The notes: a model not told the origin generated them from the sequence alone. A stretch of DNA of 64,000 nt from Solirubrobacterales bacterium (GCA_051306435.1 JBPPNF010000047.1:145-64144), one strand, 5' to 3'. Positions 1 to 9,852 are shown, numbered from the stretch's first letter. Numbers and translations are program-made.

Positions 1-11
1 GCGCTGTGCGC

Positions 12-32
12 TTGCATGCCTGAGGCATGCAA
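12..32. repeat. perfect 9-3-9 palindrome TTGCATGCC-TGA-GGCATGCAA at the window edge
   Basis: Read directly from the sequence. Lies beyond the glnK terminator. Its context is cut off by the window start, so its function is unknown. Confidence 0.4.
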
Positions 33-50
33 GGTGAGGGTCGGCCAGAA

Positions 51-88
51 GCAAAAGAAAACGCCCCGGACCAAAAGGTCCGGGGCGC
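51..88 (-). terminator. intrinsic terminator downstream of glnK
   Basis: On the minus strand: CGCCCCGGACC-TTTT-GGTCCGGGGCG (11-bp GC-rich stem) followed immediately by TTTTCTTTTGC. Lies about 30 nt after the glnK stop. Confidence 0.75.
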
Positions 89-119
89 TCCATCCATCCA
101 CCATCCAGGAGGGGGTGAT

Positions 120-494
120 TCAAACCCCAGAGGGAATCTCTTCCGCCTCGTGCGACTGGAGCACTGTGGCTCCGCGCTCACCGGTGCGGATGCGGATCGC
201 ATCCTCGATGTTGAAGATGAAGATCTTTCCGTCTCCAACCTCGCCGGTACGAGCGTGCTTGAGGATCACGTCGGTCACCTTCGCGAGTTCACTGTCGTCG
301 ACCGCGCACTCAATCTTGAGCTTGGGACGGAGGTGGATGACCAGCTCCGAACCACGGTATGACTCGGTGATGCCCTTCTGGCGTCCGGATCCCTTGACGT
401 CGACAATCGACAGGCTCGGGATACCGGCGTCGAGCAGTTCCTTGCGGATCGACTCGAACGCCTCGTGTCGTACATATGCCTCAATCTTCTTCAT
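120..494 (-). CDS. glnK: PII nitrogen regulatory protein
   Basis: 124-aa ORF starting MKKIEAYVR. Has a T-loop-like VKGSGRQKGITESYRGSE and a GDGKIFI motif typical of PII. Sits 14 nt downstream of, and co-oriented with, an ammonium transporter gene (amt-glnK arrangement). Carries a short C-terminal tail beyond the usual PII length. Confidence 0.9.
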   Translation of the reverse strand: MKKIEAYVRHEAFESIRKELLDAGIPSLSIVDVKGSGRQKGITESYRGSELVIHLRPKLKIECAVDDSELAKVTDVILKHARTGEVGDGKIFIFNIEDAIRIRTGERGATVLQSHEAEEIPSGV

Positions 495-508
495 GTCCGT
501 ATAACTCC

Positions 509-1990
509 TTATGCCTCTGAGCCAGCAGGCGTCGATGTGGACAGGACACTTGAGGCGTGTGTCGGCGAGCCGGGGAGGCCGCTACCGACCAGCTCCGACG
601 CCGGAATGAACTGCTCCGGGTAGCCGTACATTCCGTGCTCGACGATGTCGAGACCGGCGTCCTCTTCTGCTTCGCTTACGCGCAGTCCGTACGTCGCCTT
701 GATGATCGCGAAGACGATCAGTGAGCTGACGAGGACGAAGAAGAACACTGCGACAACTCCGAGGGCCTGAACACCGAGCTGGTGGAAGCTGCCGGTGTAG
801 AACAGGCCGCCCTCTCCAACTGCGTTGTATTCGGCGAGGCCCGGGAAGGTGAACAGACCACACGCGAGTGTTCCCCAGATACCTGCCAGACCGTGAGCTG
901 AAAGCACACCGACCGGGTCGTCGAGCTTCTTCTCAATCAGGATCACGCCGACGACGACGATCACGCCGGCGAGGAAGCCGATCGGCACGCCCGCCCAGTT
1001 CTCGACGTATCCAGAACCTGCGGTGATTGCGACCAGGGCGGCGATCAGACCGTTGCCGACCATGCCGATGTCAATCGTCTTCTGCATCAGCAGGCCGGTG
1101 ATCAGGGCGCCGATGACACCAGATGCGGCAGCGATGAGTGTGACCATCGCGATCTCAGCGAAGCGTCCGTCCATCGCGCCAAGACCGGAGCCCGGGTTGA
1201 ACCCGAACCAACCGACCAGCAGCACGAGGCATGCGAGACCGAACAGCGGCATGTTGTGACCGGGGATTGCCCGCGGCTTGCCGTCTGCGCCGAACTTGCC
1301 CTTACGCGGTCCGAGCAGGAGCAGCACGGCGAGAGCACCGGTTGCACCGATCAGGTGGACAGCGGTCGAACCGGCGAAGTCCTGCATACCGAGGTTGGCC
1401 TGCAGCCATCCGCCACCGAAGACCCAGTGTGAGCCGATCGGGTAGATGAACGCCGCGAAGATGATCGCGTAGATGATGTAGACGCCGAACTTGATGCGCT
1501 CCAGCGTGGAGCCCCAGACAATTGCCAGCGAGACCGCGGCGAACGAGAACTGGAAGAGCCACTTGGCCTCGATCTGAGCGTTCGAGAAGCCCATCGCCGG
1601 GAACGTCACGGTTTGATCGTGGACATCCGTGAGCAGGAATCCCGCGTTACCGATCAAATCGACATTGCCACCGTTGGAGCCGAAGGCGAACGCGAATCCG
1701 ACGAAGTAGTAGACCAGAGCGGCGATCGAGAAGTTCACGAGGATCTTCGCGACAATCGTTCCGGCGTTCTTACCGCGCGAGAAGCCGATCTCCAAGAACA
1801 TGAAGCCCACCTGCATGAAAATGACAAGGATGGCTGCGAGGTACACCCAGAGAGTGTTGATCGCGAAGGCCGGCCCACCCGGTCCCCTGTCGGGAATCGT
1901 GTGGACTTCTGCCGCCAAGCCCGCGGCTGGGAACGCCAGCGCAGCGAGCGCCATGATCCCCAGTCCGATGATGAAAACTTTTTGTTTCAT
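509..1990 (-). CDS. amt: ammonium transporter (Amt family)
   Basis: Track ORF is 509..2137. I place the start at ATG 1990 (MKQKVFIIGLGIMALAALAFPAAGLAAE, signal-like). Polytopic membrane protein with Amt-like segments FMQVGFMFLEIGFSR, AVHLIGATGAL and GLAGIWGTLACGLF. Paired with glnK. Confidence 0.9.
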   Translation of the reverse strand: MKQKVFIIGLGIMALAALAFPAAGLAAEVHTIPDRGPGGPAFAINTLWVYLAAILVIFMQVGFMFLEIGFSRGKNAGTIVAKILVNFSIAALVYYFVGFAFAFGSNGGNVDLIGNAGFLLTDVHDQTVTFPAMGFSNAQIEAKWLFQFSFAAVSLAIVWGSTLERIKFGVYIIYAIIFAAFIYPIGSHWVFGGGWLQANLGMQDFAGSTAVHLIGATGALAVLLLLGPRKGKFGADGKPRAIPGHNMPLFGLACLVLLVGWFGFNPGSGLGAMDGRFAEIAMVTLIAAASGVIGALITGLLMQKTIDIGMVGNGLIAALVAITAGSGYVENWAGVPIGFLAGVIVVVGVILIEKKLDDPVGVLSAHGLAGIWGTLACGLFTFPGLAEYNAVGEGGLFYTGSFHQLGVQALGVVAVFFFVLVSSLIVFAIIKATYGLRVSEAEEDAGLDIVEHGMYGYPEQFIPASELVGSGLPGSPTHASSVLSTSTPAGSEA

Positions 1991-2152
1991 GTTGTTCGCA
2001 TGCCCCTTCCGGTCAATTGCGAGCGCCGGTGCCGTAGCTCCGGACAGTGGTTTCGTGAATACAAGGGTCAAGGTATGGGCGAGGCCCGTACGCTTTCTTG
2101 TACCGATGGCGAAAGATCGTTTGTGACCTTTGGACAACGGACAACCACATAG

Positions 2153-2182
2153 CTGAAAGCCGCATGGCTATGCGGCTTTCAG
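2153..2182 (-). terminator. stem-loop after metH (possible terminator, no clean U-tract)
   Basis: CTGAAAGCCGCAT-GGCT-ATGCGGCTTTCAG, a 13-bp perfect stem. Located between the metH stop (2212) and the amt start (1990). Confidence 0.5.
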
Positions 2183-2211
2183 GGGTTCTGCGAACTATTT
2201 GTGCCTGGCCG

Positions 2212-5200
2212 TCAGGCGCTGACAGGATCGGGTAGCTGCGCGCCGTCGATCTCGCCCTCGACAGCGCCGTCAAGCGGGTCATCGAGCAGTTCTGCCCGTA
2301 CCGCGGGATCCCGCTCTGTGCCCTTGATCAGCTGATCGGGCATCTTCACGCCGGGTGCCGGCAGGAACCCGCTCCTGGTGCCGTAATAGACGGCCTGCGG
2401 GTGATAGGCGACGATCGCGACCGTCGACTGCTCAGGCTCGACCGCGTAACCGCCCGAAAGGCGCATTCCGATCGAAGGCGCGTCGAGCAGATCAAAGACC
2501 TTCTCGTGTTCGGACTGCTCGGGCACCGCCGGGTAGCCCCACGAGTAGCGACGACCCTGACCCTCTTCGACGCCGAGGTCGCGACGAACCTTGTCGTGCA
2601 GCCACTCGGACGTGCCCTCTGCCGTCTGCACGCCGATGCCGTGAACGAAGAGCTGCTCGGCGAACTCGCCGTCCTCTTCGAGCTTGGCCATCAGGTCTGT
2701 GACCTCGTCGCCGACGGTGACGGCCTGAAGCGTGACGACGTCATAGACGCCGGTCTCTTCAACGACCTCGCGCGGCCTGTAGAAGTCGGCCAGGCAGATG
2801 CGGTCGTGCCTGGGCTGGCGCGGGGCGACGAGCTTCTCGATCACGCGGGCTTCGGCGACCGGCTTGTCGCGGTCCTCGGGGTCGACCACGAAGATCTCGT
2901 TGCCCACGGAGTAACAGGGGAAGTATCCGAGCTTGGCGCGCGGGTGCAGATAGGTCTGCTCCTTCCACATGCGCTCGAGGCGTGGCTGGAAGTCCTCGCG
3001 CAGCAACTTGGTGTACTCGTCGGGACTCATTCCGCGTCCGCCCCAGTGGAGCTTGTAGAGCACGTGCGTGTCGAGGAAGTTGTAGACCTCGTCGAGCGGA
3101 ACCTCGATCTCCTGCTGGCCCCAGAACGGCGGCTCAGGAACGGGCAGATCGGTCTGAACTGCCGAACGCACGGAGTCGTCTGTGACCGGCGGGCCGGTGT
3201 CGACGACTTCCTTCTCGTTGCGCAGATCCGCTGCGGCATCCGCGACCTGGCGCACGAGCGCCTCACGCTGGTCGTCCTCGACCAGCTGGTCCATCACGGC
3301 AAGGCCCTCGAAGGCGTCCTTGCAGTAGAAGACGCCGGGCTCGTAGATCGTGTCGTCGGCCTTGCCGTTCACGTATGACGCGCGGTAGCCGAACTTGCGG
3401 TTGATCGCGGCGCCGCCGAGCAGCACCGGGAAGGGCAGCTCCTGACGGTGCAGCTCCTGGACGGCAAGCGGCATCTGCTTGCTGGTGCTGACGAGCAGCG
3501 CCGAGAGGCCGATCGCCGTGGCGTTGTTCTCCTTTGCCGCGTCGACGATGTCGCCGACCGGAACCTGCTTACCGAGGTCGACCACGGTGTAGCCGTTGTT
3601 GGTGAGGATCGTCTTGACCAGCGACTTGCCGATGTCGTGCACGTCGCCGAAGACCGTTGCCAGAACGACAGTGCCCTTCGTGTAGCCCTCGATGCGGTCG
3701 AGGTAGTTCTCAAGACGCGCGACGGCCTTCTTCATGACCTCAGCGCTCTGCAGCACGAACGGCAGGATCAGCTCGCCGGCGCCGAACTTGTCGCCGACTT
3801 CCTTCATCGCGGGGAGCAGCACGTCGTTGAGCGTCGGGACCGCGCCGATCTTCTCGTTGGACTTGTCGATCCAGTCTTCGACGCCGTCCTTCTTGCGTCG
3901 CAGGATGTGCCAGTGCAGCGCTTCCTCGGGCTCCATGCCTGCGGTCGGGTCCGCAGCTTCGTCGACGTCTTCTTCGCCCTTGCCCTCGAAGTGCTCGATG
4001 AACTTCTGGAGGGCGTCGTCGGAGCGGTCGAAGACGAGGTCGTCGGCGAGCTTGCGCTCTTCGTCGGAGATCTCGCCGTATGGCGTGATGTGGTTGGGAT
4101 TGACCATCGCGAGGTCAAGGCCGGCCTCCACGCAGTGGTGCAGAAAGACCGAGTTGAGCACCGCGCGGGCCGGCTGGCCGACGCCGAACGAGACGTTAGA
4201 GACACCGAGTGAGGTCTTCACATTCGGCAGAACCTTCTTGAGCTCGCGGATGCCCTCGATCGTTGCGATCGCGGACGGGCGCCACTCTTCGTCACCGGTG
4301 GTCAGCGTGAAGGTCAGGAGATCGAAGATCAGGACTTCTTCGTCGAGGCCGTGCTCAGCGCAGGCGAGTTCGTGGATGCGCTGCGCGATCTCGACCTTGC
4401 GCTCGACGGTCTTGGCCATGCCGATTTCGTCGATCGTCAGGGCGATCACCGCGGCGCCGTGTTCGATCGCCAGCGGCACGACGGTGTCGAGCTTGTCGCG
4501 ACCGGCCTCGAGGTTGATCGAGTTGACGATCGCGCGACCCGGGGTCTGCTCGAGCGCGAGCTTGATCACGTCGGGTTCAGTCGAGTCGATCTGCAGCGGC
4601 GCGGGCTGGGTCAGCGAGACGCGCTTGGCGACTTCGCGCATCTGCTCGGCCTCATCGTCGGGGCGCTCGGTCACGGCGACGCAGAGGTCAAGCACGTGGG
4701 CGCCGCCCTCGACCTGGTTCTCGGCGACCTGGACCAGTCCGTCGTAGTCGTCGGCCAGCAGCATCTCCTTGGCGGCGCGCGAGCCCTGCGAGTTGACGCG
4801 CTCGCCCACGAGCGTCGGTGCGGGCTCCTGCACCAGATCGGTCGCGCCGATCATCGACGACACGCGCGGCGGACGCGGCGCTGGACGCGGCTTGACCGGA
4901 AGGTCGGCGCAGCGCTCGGCGATCGCCTTGATGTGTTCGGGCGTGGTGCCGCAGCAGCCGCCGACGATGCCGATGCCGTACTGTTCGATGAACTCGCCAA
5001 GCGATTCGGCGAGTGGGCCCGGCTCCTCGGGGAAGATCGTCTCACCGTCGTCACCCTGGATCGGGAGACCGGCGTTGGGGATACAGTGGACCGGCATCGG
5101 CGAGTTCTCGCCGAGGAAGCGGACTGCATCGCGCATGTCGTTGGGACCGGTCGAGCAGTTGAGGCCGATCACGTCGACCTTCAGCGCTTCAAGCGTGGTG

Positions 5201-5841
5201 AGCGCAGCGTCGACGTCGGTGCCGAGCAGCATCTTGCCGCCGTTCGGGAGCAGCGTGATCGAGGTCTGGATCGGCACACGGTGGTCGGATTCCTTCATCG
5301 CCCGGCGCGCTCCGAAGATCGCGGCCTTGACCTCGAGAATGTCCTGCGCGGTCTCGATGATGATCAGGTCGACGCCGCCCTCGAGCAGGCCGACGGTCTG
5401 CTCGCGAAAGGTCTCGGCGAGTTCAGCAAAGGTGATTTCCGACAGGCCCGGCTCCATCGAGGCAGGCAGCATTCCCGTCGGGCCGATCGACCCGGCGACG
5501 AAGAGCTCCTCGCCGACGGCTGCACGCGCGATCTGGGCGGCCTTGACGTTGATCTCGTGGGTGTGCTCGGCGAGCGTCGTGCCGTCGGCGAACTCCCACT
5601 CGGACAGCTTCAGGCGCGAGGCCTGGAAAGTGTCGGTCTCGACGACCATTGCACCGGCTTCAACCATGCTGTGGTGGACGCCTTCGATCACGTCCGGGCG
5701 GTTGAGGATCAGGGCTTCGTGGGCACGGCCCGGGAGCTTGTAGTCGTCCTCGAGTGAGAGGTCGAAAGCTTCGAGCGTGGCGCCCATTCCGCCGTCAAAG
5801 ATGACGACGCGTTCAGAAACTGTCTTCAGGTAATCGCGCAT
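2212..5841 (-). CDS. metH: cobalamin-dependent methionine synthase
   Basis: Track ORF 2212..6237 is over-extended. The real sequence starts at MRDYLKTVSERVVIFDGGMGA (ATG 5841; alternative ATG 5859). Contains an Hcy-methyltransferase part (GLNCSTGP, GGCCGTTPEHI), a pterin-binding part, a B12-binding DxHxxG motif (GDVHDIGK) and a C-terminal AdoMet-activation domain. Confidence 0.9.
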   Translation of the reverse strand: MRDYLKTVSERVVIFDGGMGATLEAFDLSLEDDYKLPGRAHEALILNRPDVIEGVHHSMVEAGAMVVETDTFQASRLKLSEWEFADGTTLAEHTHEINVKAAQIARAAVGEELFVAGSIGPTGMLPASMEPGLSEITFAELAETFREQTVGLLEGGVDLIIIETAQDILEVKAAIFGARRAMKESDHRVPIQTSITLLPNGGKMLLGTDVDAALTTLEALKVDVIGLNCSTGPNDMRDAVRFLGENSPMPVHCIPNAGLPIQGDDGETIFPEEPGPLAESLGEFIEQYGIGIVGGCCGTTPEHIKAIAERCADLPVKPRPAPRPPRVSSMIGATDLVQEPAPTLVGERVNSQGSRAAKEMLLADDYDGLVQVAENQVEGGAHVLDLCVAVTERPDDEAEQMREVAKRVSLTQPAPLQIDSTEPDVIKLALEQTPGRAIVNSINLEAGRDKLDTVVPLAIEHGAAVIALTIDEIGMAKTVERKVEIAQRIHELACAEHGLDEEVLIFDLLTFTLTTGDEEWRPSAIATIEGIRELKKVLPNVKTSLGVSNVSFGVGQPARAVLNSVFLHHCVEAGLDLAMVNPNHITPYGEISDEERKLADDLVFDRSDDALQKFIEHFEGKGEEDVDEAADPTAGMEPEEALHWHILRRKKDGVEDWIDKSNEKIGAVPTLNDVLLPAMKEVGDKFGAGELILPFVLQSAEVMKKAVARLENYLDRIEGYTKGTVVLATVFGDVHDIGKSLVKTILTNNGYTVVDLGKQVPVGDIVDAAKENNATAIGLSALLVSTSKQMPLAVQELHRQELPFPVLLGGAAINRKFGYRASYVNGKADDTIYEPGVFYCKDAFEGLAVMDQLVEDDQREALVRQVADAAADLRNEKEVVDTGPPVTDDSVRSAVQTDLPVPEPPFWGQQEIEVPLDEVYNFLDTHVLYKLHWGGRGMSPDEYTKLLREDFQPRLERMWKEQTYLHPRAKLGYFPCYSVGNEIFVVDPEDRDKPVAEARVIEKLVAPRQPRHDRICLADFYRPREVVEETGVYDVVTLQAVTVGDEVTDLMAKLEEDGEFAEQLFVHGIGVQTAEGTSEWLHDKVRRDLGVEEGQGRRYSWGYPAVPEQSEHEKVFDLLDAPSIGMRLSGGYAVEPEQSTVAIVAYHPQAVYYGTRSGFLPAPGVKMPDQLIKGTERDPAVRAELLDDPLDGAVEGEIDGAQLPDPVSA

Positions 5842-5880
5842 GGAGCCAGCGTAAACCATGTCTTGTGTCAATATGACGTC

Positions 5881-6123
5881 ATGTCTACAAAGGCGAAAGT
5901 GACGGCATATGTGGATCCAGTCGTGCACCGGGCTCTGAAGGTCGCGGCAGCGCGACAGAATGAGAAGGAGTCGGCGATCGTCGAACGGGCGCTGCGCGTC
6001 GCGCTGGGGATCGAGTCGGCCGAGCAGTCGCGGGCGCTGACCACTCTCACCGCTGACCAGGCGATGCAGGCTGCGCTCGACGAGGTGCGCGCGTACCGAC
6101 GCACCAACCCGATCACGCGATGA
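5881..6123 (+). CDS. ribbon-helix-helix antitoxin-like protein
   Basis: About 80 aa. The N-terminus KAKVTAYVDPVVHRALKVAAARQNEKESAIVERALR has an RHH/CopG-like pattern. Its stop overlaps the PIN gene start by 4 nt (ATGA). Start is ATG 5881; the track uses TTG 5863. Confidence 0.6.
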   Translation: MSTKAKVTAYVDPVVHRALKVAAARQNEKESAIVERALRVALGIESAEQSRALTTLTADQAMQAALDEVRAYRRTNPITR

Positions 6124-6563
6124 TCCGCGCGGTGGTCGACACGAACGTGCTGGTCGCAGGATTCCTTGGCCCCGAATACTCCCCCGCGCACGCCCTGCTT
6201 GAGGCCCACCGCGAGGGCGAGTTCGAACTTGTCTCAAGCCCCCGCCAGTTCGCCGAGCTCGACGGCGTTCTTCGTCGTCCGGCCTTCGAGCGTCAGGCAG
6301 GCGGCGGCCGCGGAGCTGAGTTTGTCGACCGTCTCGCGACTGCGGCGCTGTTTGTTGCCGACCCCTATGACCTCCCCCGCCTCACCGCGAACCGCCACGA
6401 CGATCTGCTCGCCGAGGTCGCCCACATCGGCGGCGCGCGGTTCCTGGTGACGGGCGAGCCCGAGTTGGTGCGCTCACACGTGCGCAACCTGACGATCGTC
6501 ACCACCGAGGAGTTCCTGGGCGGTCTCGATCGCGTGGAGCAGCTACTCGCCGCCGCTGTTTAG
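6120..6563 (+). CDS. PIN-domain toxin-like protein
   Basis: 147 aa. VVDTNVLVAGFL at the N-terminus (first acidic PIN residue), then DDLLAEVAHIGGARFLVTGEPEL, as in the PIN-family putative toxin components. Translationally coupled to the upstream RHH gene. Confidence 0.7.
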   Translation: MIRAVVDTNVLVAGFLGPEYSPAHALLEAHREGEFELVSSPRQFAELDGVLRRPAFERQAGGGRGAEFVDRLATAALFVADPYDLPRLTANRHDDLLAEVAHIGGARFLVTGEPELVRSHVRNLTIVTTEEFLGGLDRVEQLLAAAV

Positions 6564-6572
6564 GCTGCGGAC

Positions 6573-7238
6573 ATGAGTGATCAAGAATTCTGGAAGTCCA
6601 CTGATGACTACATCGTCGAGCACTTGCTCGGCAACGATGCTGACCTTGCGGGCGCCCTCGAGCGCAACGCCGGAGGCGGCCTCCCGGCGATCGACGTCTC
6701 GCGCACACAGGCCGAACTGCTCGCGATGCTCGTGCACTTCGGCGGCGCGGAGCGCGTGCTCGAAGTCGGCACGCTCGGCGGCTACAGCACGATCGGCCTG
6801 GCGCGCGCCGTCGGCGAGGCGGGTTCCGTGACGACGCTTGAGCTGATCCCCCACCATGCCGATGTCGCCGCCGAGAATCTCGTCGCCGCCGGACTGTCCG
6901 ACCGCGTCGAGATCCAGGTCGGGCCCGCACTCGAACTGCTCGAGGCGATGCTCGACGAGCCGCCCGCGCCGTTCGACTTCGTATTCATCGACGCCGACAA
7001 GAAGAACAGCCCTGAGTATTTCGCGCTTGCGCGCAGGCTCTGCCGCCCGGGCGCGATGATCATCGTCGACAACGTGGTCCGCGACGGCACACTCGCCGAC
7101 CCCTCCGCAGACGACGAGCAGACGCTCGGCAACCGCCGCCTGCAGGCGATCCTGAAGGCCGACGATTCAGTCCGGGCGACAACGATCCAGACGGTCGGAC
7201 ACAAAGGTTGGGACGGCTTCACGATCGCGATCGTTTGA
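6573..7238 (+). CDS. class I SAM-dependent O-methyltransferase (caffeoyl-CoA OMT-like)
   Basis: 221 aa. SAM-binding VLEVGTLGGYSTIGLA, and FDFVFIDADKKNSPEYF typical of the Methyltransf_3 family. Confidence 0.8.
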   Translation: MSDQEFWKSTDDYIVEHLLGNDADLAGALERNAGGGLPAIDVSRTQAELLAMLVHFGGAERVLEVGTLGGYSTIGLARAVGEAGSVTTLELIPHHADVAAENLVAAGLSDRVEIQVGPALELLEAMLDEPPAPFDFVFIDADKKNSPEYFALARRLCRPGAMIIVDNVVRDGTLADPSADDEQTLGNRRLQAILKADDSVRATTIQTVGHKGWDGFTIAIV

Positions 7239-7360
7239 TCTTGCCTGTTGGGGTTCGCGATCGACCGATACTCCCCCTGGTCCCATCTGGCGGTGACGGT
7301 CAGGGGCGAAAGCCATCAATCGGCCAGTAGTCCGCCCGATCGATGGCCGATACTTGAGGC

Positions 7361-8125
7361 ATGAAGAAACTTGCGGTTCGAACCTTTTCGGCTTTCATCC
7401 TCACGATCGGCGCAGTGGCGCTTTCCGGCTGCGGAGCCTCTGTGGACCAGAGCCTCTTGGACCAGGCGGGCAAGCATGGCAATGCACTCGAGGCGGTGTA
7501 TGCGCTCTACAACCAGGACGTTCTGAAGTCATCGTCCGCCCGCGACCTCAAGGATGTCAACGCCGCCCTGAAGGCCAGCGACCCGAAGAAGGCCACTGAA
7601 GGCGACCTGCGTCGCGCGCAGGAAGAGATCGACAACCGCATCGAGAAGCTCGACGACTACAAGTCCAAGCTGAGCGCGGCAAACAAGAAGCTGCGCACCA
7701 CTCCGGCCCCGGACTTCGCCGCCGCGCTGGACAAGTCCAGCGACAGCGAGAAGTTCGCCGCCAGCTACAAGAAGACCACTGAGATCACGCAGAAGACCGG
7801 CACGGCCGCAGTCGGCGCGTTGCGCTACGCGACATCGGCCTTCGAGAAGTACCTCGATTTCCTCGAGGCTTGGGAGGGCTACCTCGACGACGGTGAGACA
7901 GCCACCTTCGTCTCGACGGCGAACGCCAGCGACAAGGCCTACGCAAAGCTGAAGCGCCAGATCGCGATCGTCGAGGCCAAGGGCAGCCTGACCAAGCGGT
8001 TGGATCCGCTTGTCGGCGAGATGGCTGACGCCGCGAGCAACGACAGCCAGATCGCGGACCTGATCAGCAAGCTCCGCGAGGACTACCCGAAGAGCTTCCT
8101 GCCGGTTCACATCGTCGAGAAGTAG
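7361..8125 (+). CDS. lipoprotein of unknown function
   Basis: Signal peptide with lipobox (AVALSGC). The mature part is helical and rich in K, E and A. No recognisable catalytic motif. Confidence 0.6.
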   Translation: MKKLAVRTFSAFILTIGAVALSGCGASVDQSLLDQAGKHGNALEAVYALYNQDVLKSSSARDLKDVNAALKASDPKKATEGDLRRAQEEIDNRIEKLDDYKSKLSAANKKLRTTPAPDFAAALDKSSDSEKFAASYKKTTEITQKTGTAAVGALRYATSAFEKYLDFLEAWEGYLDDGETATFVSTANASDKAYAKLKRQIAIVEAKGSLTKRLDPLVGEMADAASNDSQIADLISKLREDYPKSFLPVHIVEK

Positions 8126-8230
8126 CCGGCGCCGTGGGATCGACCGATGAAACGCCCATTCGACTCCCTCTCCTACGCGGCAGTCAAGCTCAACGGCAAA
8201 GACATCAAGAAGGCCGCGACCAGCGCCAGG

Positions 8231-9289
8231 CTAAAGCTCGTAGGCCGCCTTCAGCACCGGGTCCTTCTCGGCCAGCATCGTCGCGAGGTCGACCATCACC
8301 TTGCACTGCTTCCAGGTGGCGTCGTCCTGCATCTTGCCGTCGATCATGTGGACGCCCTTGCCGTCCGGGATCGCTTCGAGCACCTTCTTGGCGAACAGCA
8401 CTTCGTCGACCGGCGGGGAAAAGACCTTGCGCGCGATTTCGATCTGGGCCGGGTGCAATGACCATGCGCCGACGCAACCGAGCAGAAATGCGCTGCGGAA
8501 CTGGACCTCGCAGGCGACCGTGTCCTTGATGTCGCCGAACGGGCCGTAGAACGGGAGGATTCCGTTGCTGGCGCAGGCGTCGACCATGCGGGCGATCGTG
8601 TAGTGCCACGGGTCCTGCTGGGCGTAGACGCGGCCGTCTTCGAGGTCCTCCGGGTTGCTCGGGTCGTTGATCGAGGTGTAGCCGGGGTGGCCTCCACCGA
8701 CGCGGGTGGTCTTCATGCGGCGGCTGGCGGCGAGGTCTGCCGGGCCGAGCGACATGCCCTGCATGCGCGGGCTGGCCTGGGCGATCTCTTCGACGTGGGC
8801 GACTCCCTGCGCGGTTTCGAGAATCGCGTGGAAGAGCAGCGGCTTCGTGAGGCTGGCCTTGGCTTCAAGCTGGGCAACGAGTTGGTCGGCGTAGTGGATA
8901 TCCCACGGGCCTTCGACCTTCGGGATCATGATCACGTCGAGCTTGTCGCCGATCTGCGTGACCAGCTCGGTGAGGTCGTCCAGTATCCAGGGGCTGTCGA
9001 GCGAGTTGATGCGGGTCCAGAAGCCGGTGCCTGTTGCCTTGAAGTCGACGGTTTTGCCGACTTCGATCAGACCGGCGCGAGCAGCTTCCTTGTTGTCCGC
9101 GCTGATCGCGTCTTCGAGGTTGCCGAGCAGGATGTCGCTCTTGGCGGCCATGTCCGGCACCTTGCCGCGCATCTTCTCGTTCGACGGGTCGAAGAAGTGG
9201 ATCATGCGTGACGGCGGGAAGGGGACCTCGTGAACGGGATCCGGCGCGCCTGCGGCGAGCGGCTTGAAAAAGTCGCGTGGGCTCTTCAT
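8231..9289 (-). CDS. HpcH/HpaI aldolase-citrate lyase family protein, malyl-CoA lyase-like
   Basis: 352 aa. Segments [55 protein letters not shown] and GPFGDI follow the pattern I recall for L-malyl-CoA/beta-methylmalyl-CoA lyases. Confidence 0.7.
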   Translation of the reverse strand: MKSPRDFFKPLAAGAPDPVHEVPFPPSRMIHFFDPSNEKMRGKVPDMAAKSDILLGNLEDAISADNKEAARAGLIEVGKTVDFKATGTGFWTRINSLDSPWILDDLTELVTQIGDKLDVIMIPKVEGPWDIHYADQLVAQLEAKASLTKPLLFHAILETAQGVAHVEEIAQASPRMQGMSLGPADLAASRRMKTTRVGGGHPGYTSINDPSNPEDLEDGRVYAQQDPWHYTIARMVDACASNGILPFYGPFGDIKDTVACEVQFRSAFLLGCVGAWSLHPAQIEIARKVFSPPVDEVLFAKKVLEAIPDGKGVHMIDGKMQDDATWKQCKVMVDLATMLAEKDPVLKAAYEL

Positions 9290-9357
9290 GGGGAAAGGTC
9301 TCCTGGAAAAAGGTCGGTGGACAGCGGGCGCAATGGTAGATGCTTCAATCCCTGCCT

Positions 9358-9852
9358 ATGGAGAACGAGCCGACGAAACTGCTCTTTGTGTGCCTCGGAA
9401 ACATCTGCCGATCGCCGACCGGTGAGGGTGTGATGCGGCGTCTCGTCGAAGAGGCCGGCGTGGTCGATCTGTTCGAGATCGAGAGCGCGGGAACGGGCTC
9501 GTGGCACATCGGCGACCCACCCGATCACCGCAGCGTCGCCGCCGCCGCGGCCCGCGGTATCACGATCGAAGGCCGCGCCCGCCAGGTCACCGGCGGTGAC
9601 TTCGAGCACTACGACTTCCTCCTCGCGGCCGACACGTACAACCTCCGCGATCTCCAGGCGATCGCGCCGTCCGACGAGGACGAGGCGAAGGTGCGCCTGC
9701 TGCGCGAATTCGATCCGATGTCCACCCCGGACGACCTCGACGTGCCGGATCCGTACTACGGCGGACCGAGCGGCTTCGACGATGTGATCGATCTCGTCGA
9801 AGCGGCCTGCCGCGGCCTGCTCGACGAAGTACTCAGCCAGCAGCAGGCGTAG
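9358..9852 (+). CDS. low-molecular-weight protein-tyrosine phosphatase
   Basis: CX5R(S/T) P-loop in LLFVCLGNICRSPTGE. C-terminal DVPDPYYG carries the catalytic Asp motif. Start taken at ATG 9358 (track 9340). Confidence 0.85.
   Translation: MENEPTKLLFVCLGNICRSPTGEGVMRRLVEEAGVVDLFEIESAGTGSWHIGDPPDHRSVAAAAARGITIEGRARQVTGGDFEHYDFLLAADTYNLRDLQAIAPSDEDEAKVRLLREFDPMSTPDDLDVPDPYYGGPSGFDDVIDLVEAACRGLLDEVLSQQQA

Noticed and set aside
1991-2150. Actinobacterial GlnR boxes (gTnAc-n6-GaAAc) upstream of amt
   Set aside because: Isolated GTTTC/GAAAG-like pentamers are present, but I could not assemble a convincing a-site/b-site pair with the correct spacing by eye. This needs a matrix scan.
5842-5880. 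Cobalamin or SAM riboswitch in front of metH
   Set aside because: Only about 20-40 nt separate metH from the divergent antitoxin gene. This is too short for any known riboswitch aptamer.
5842-6237. N-terminal 132-aa extension of the metH ORF
   Set aside because: The extension (MRQVRTRPRGG…) is Arg/Pro-rich and overlaps the RHH-PIN genes on the other strand. The methionine synthase signature begins only at MRDYLKTV.
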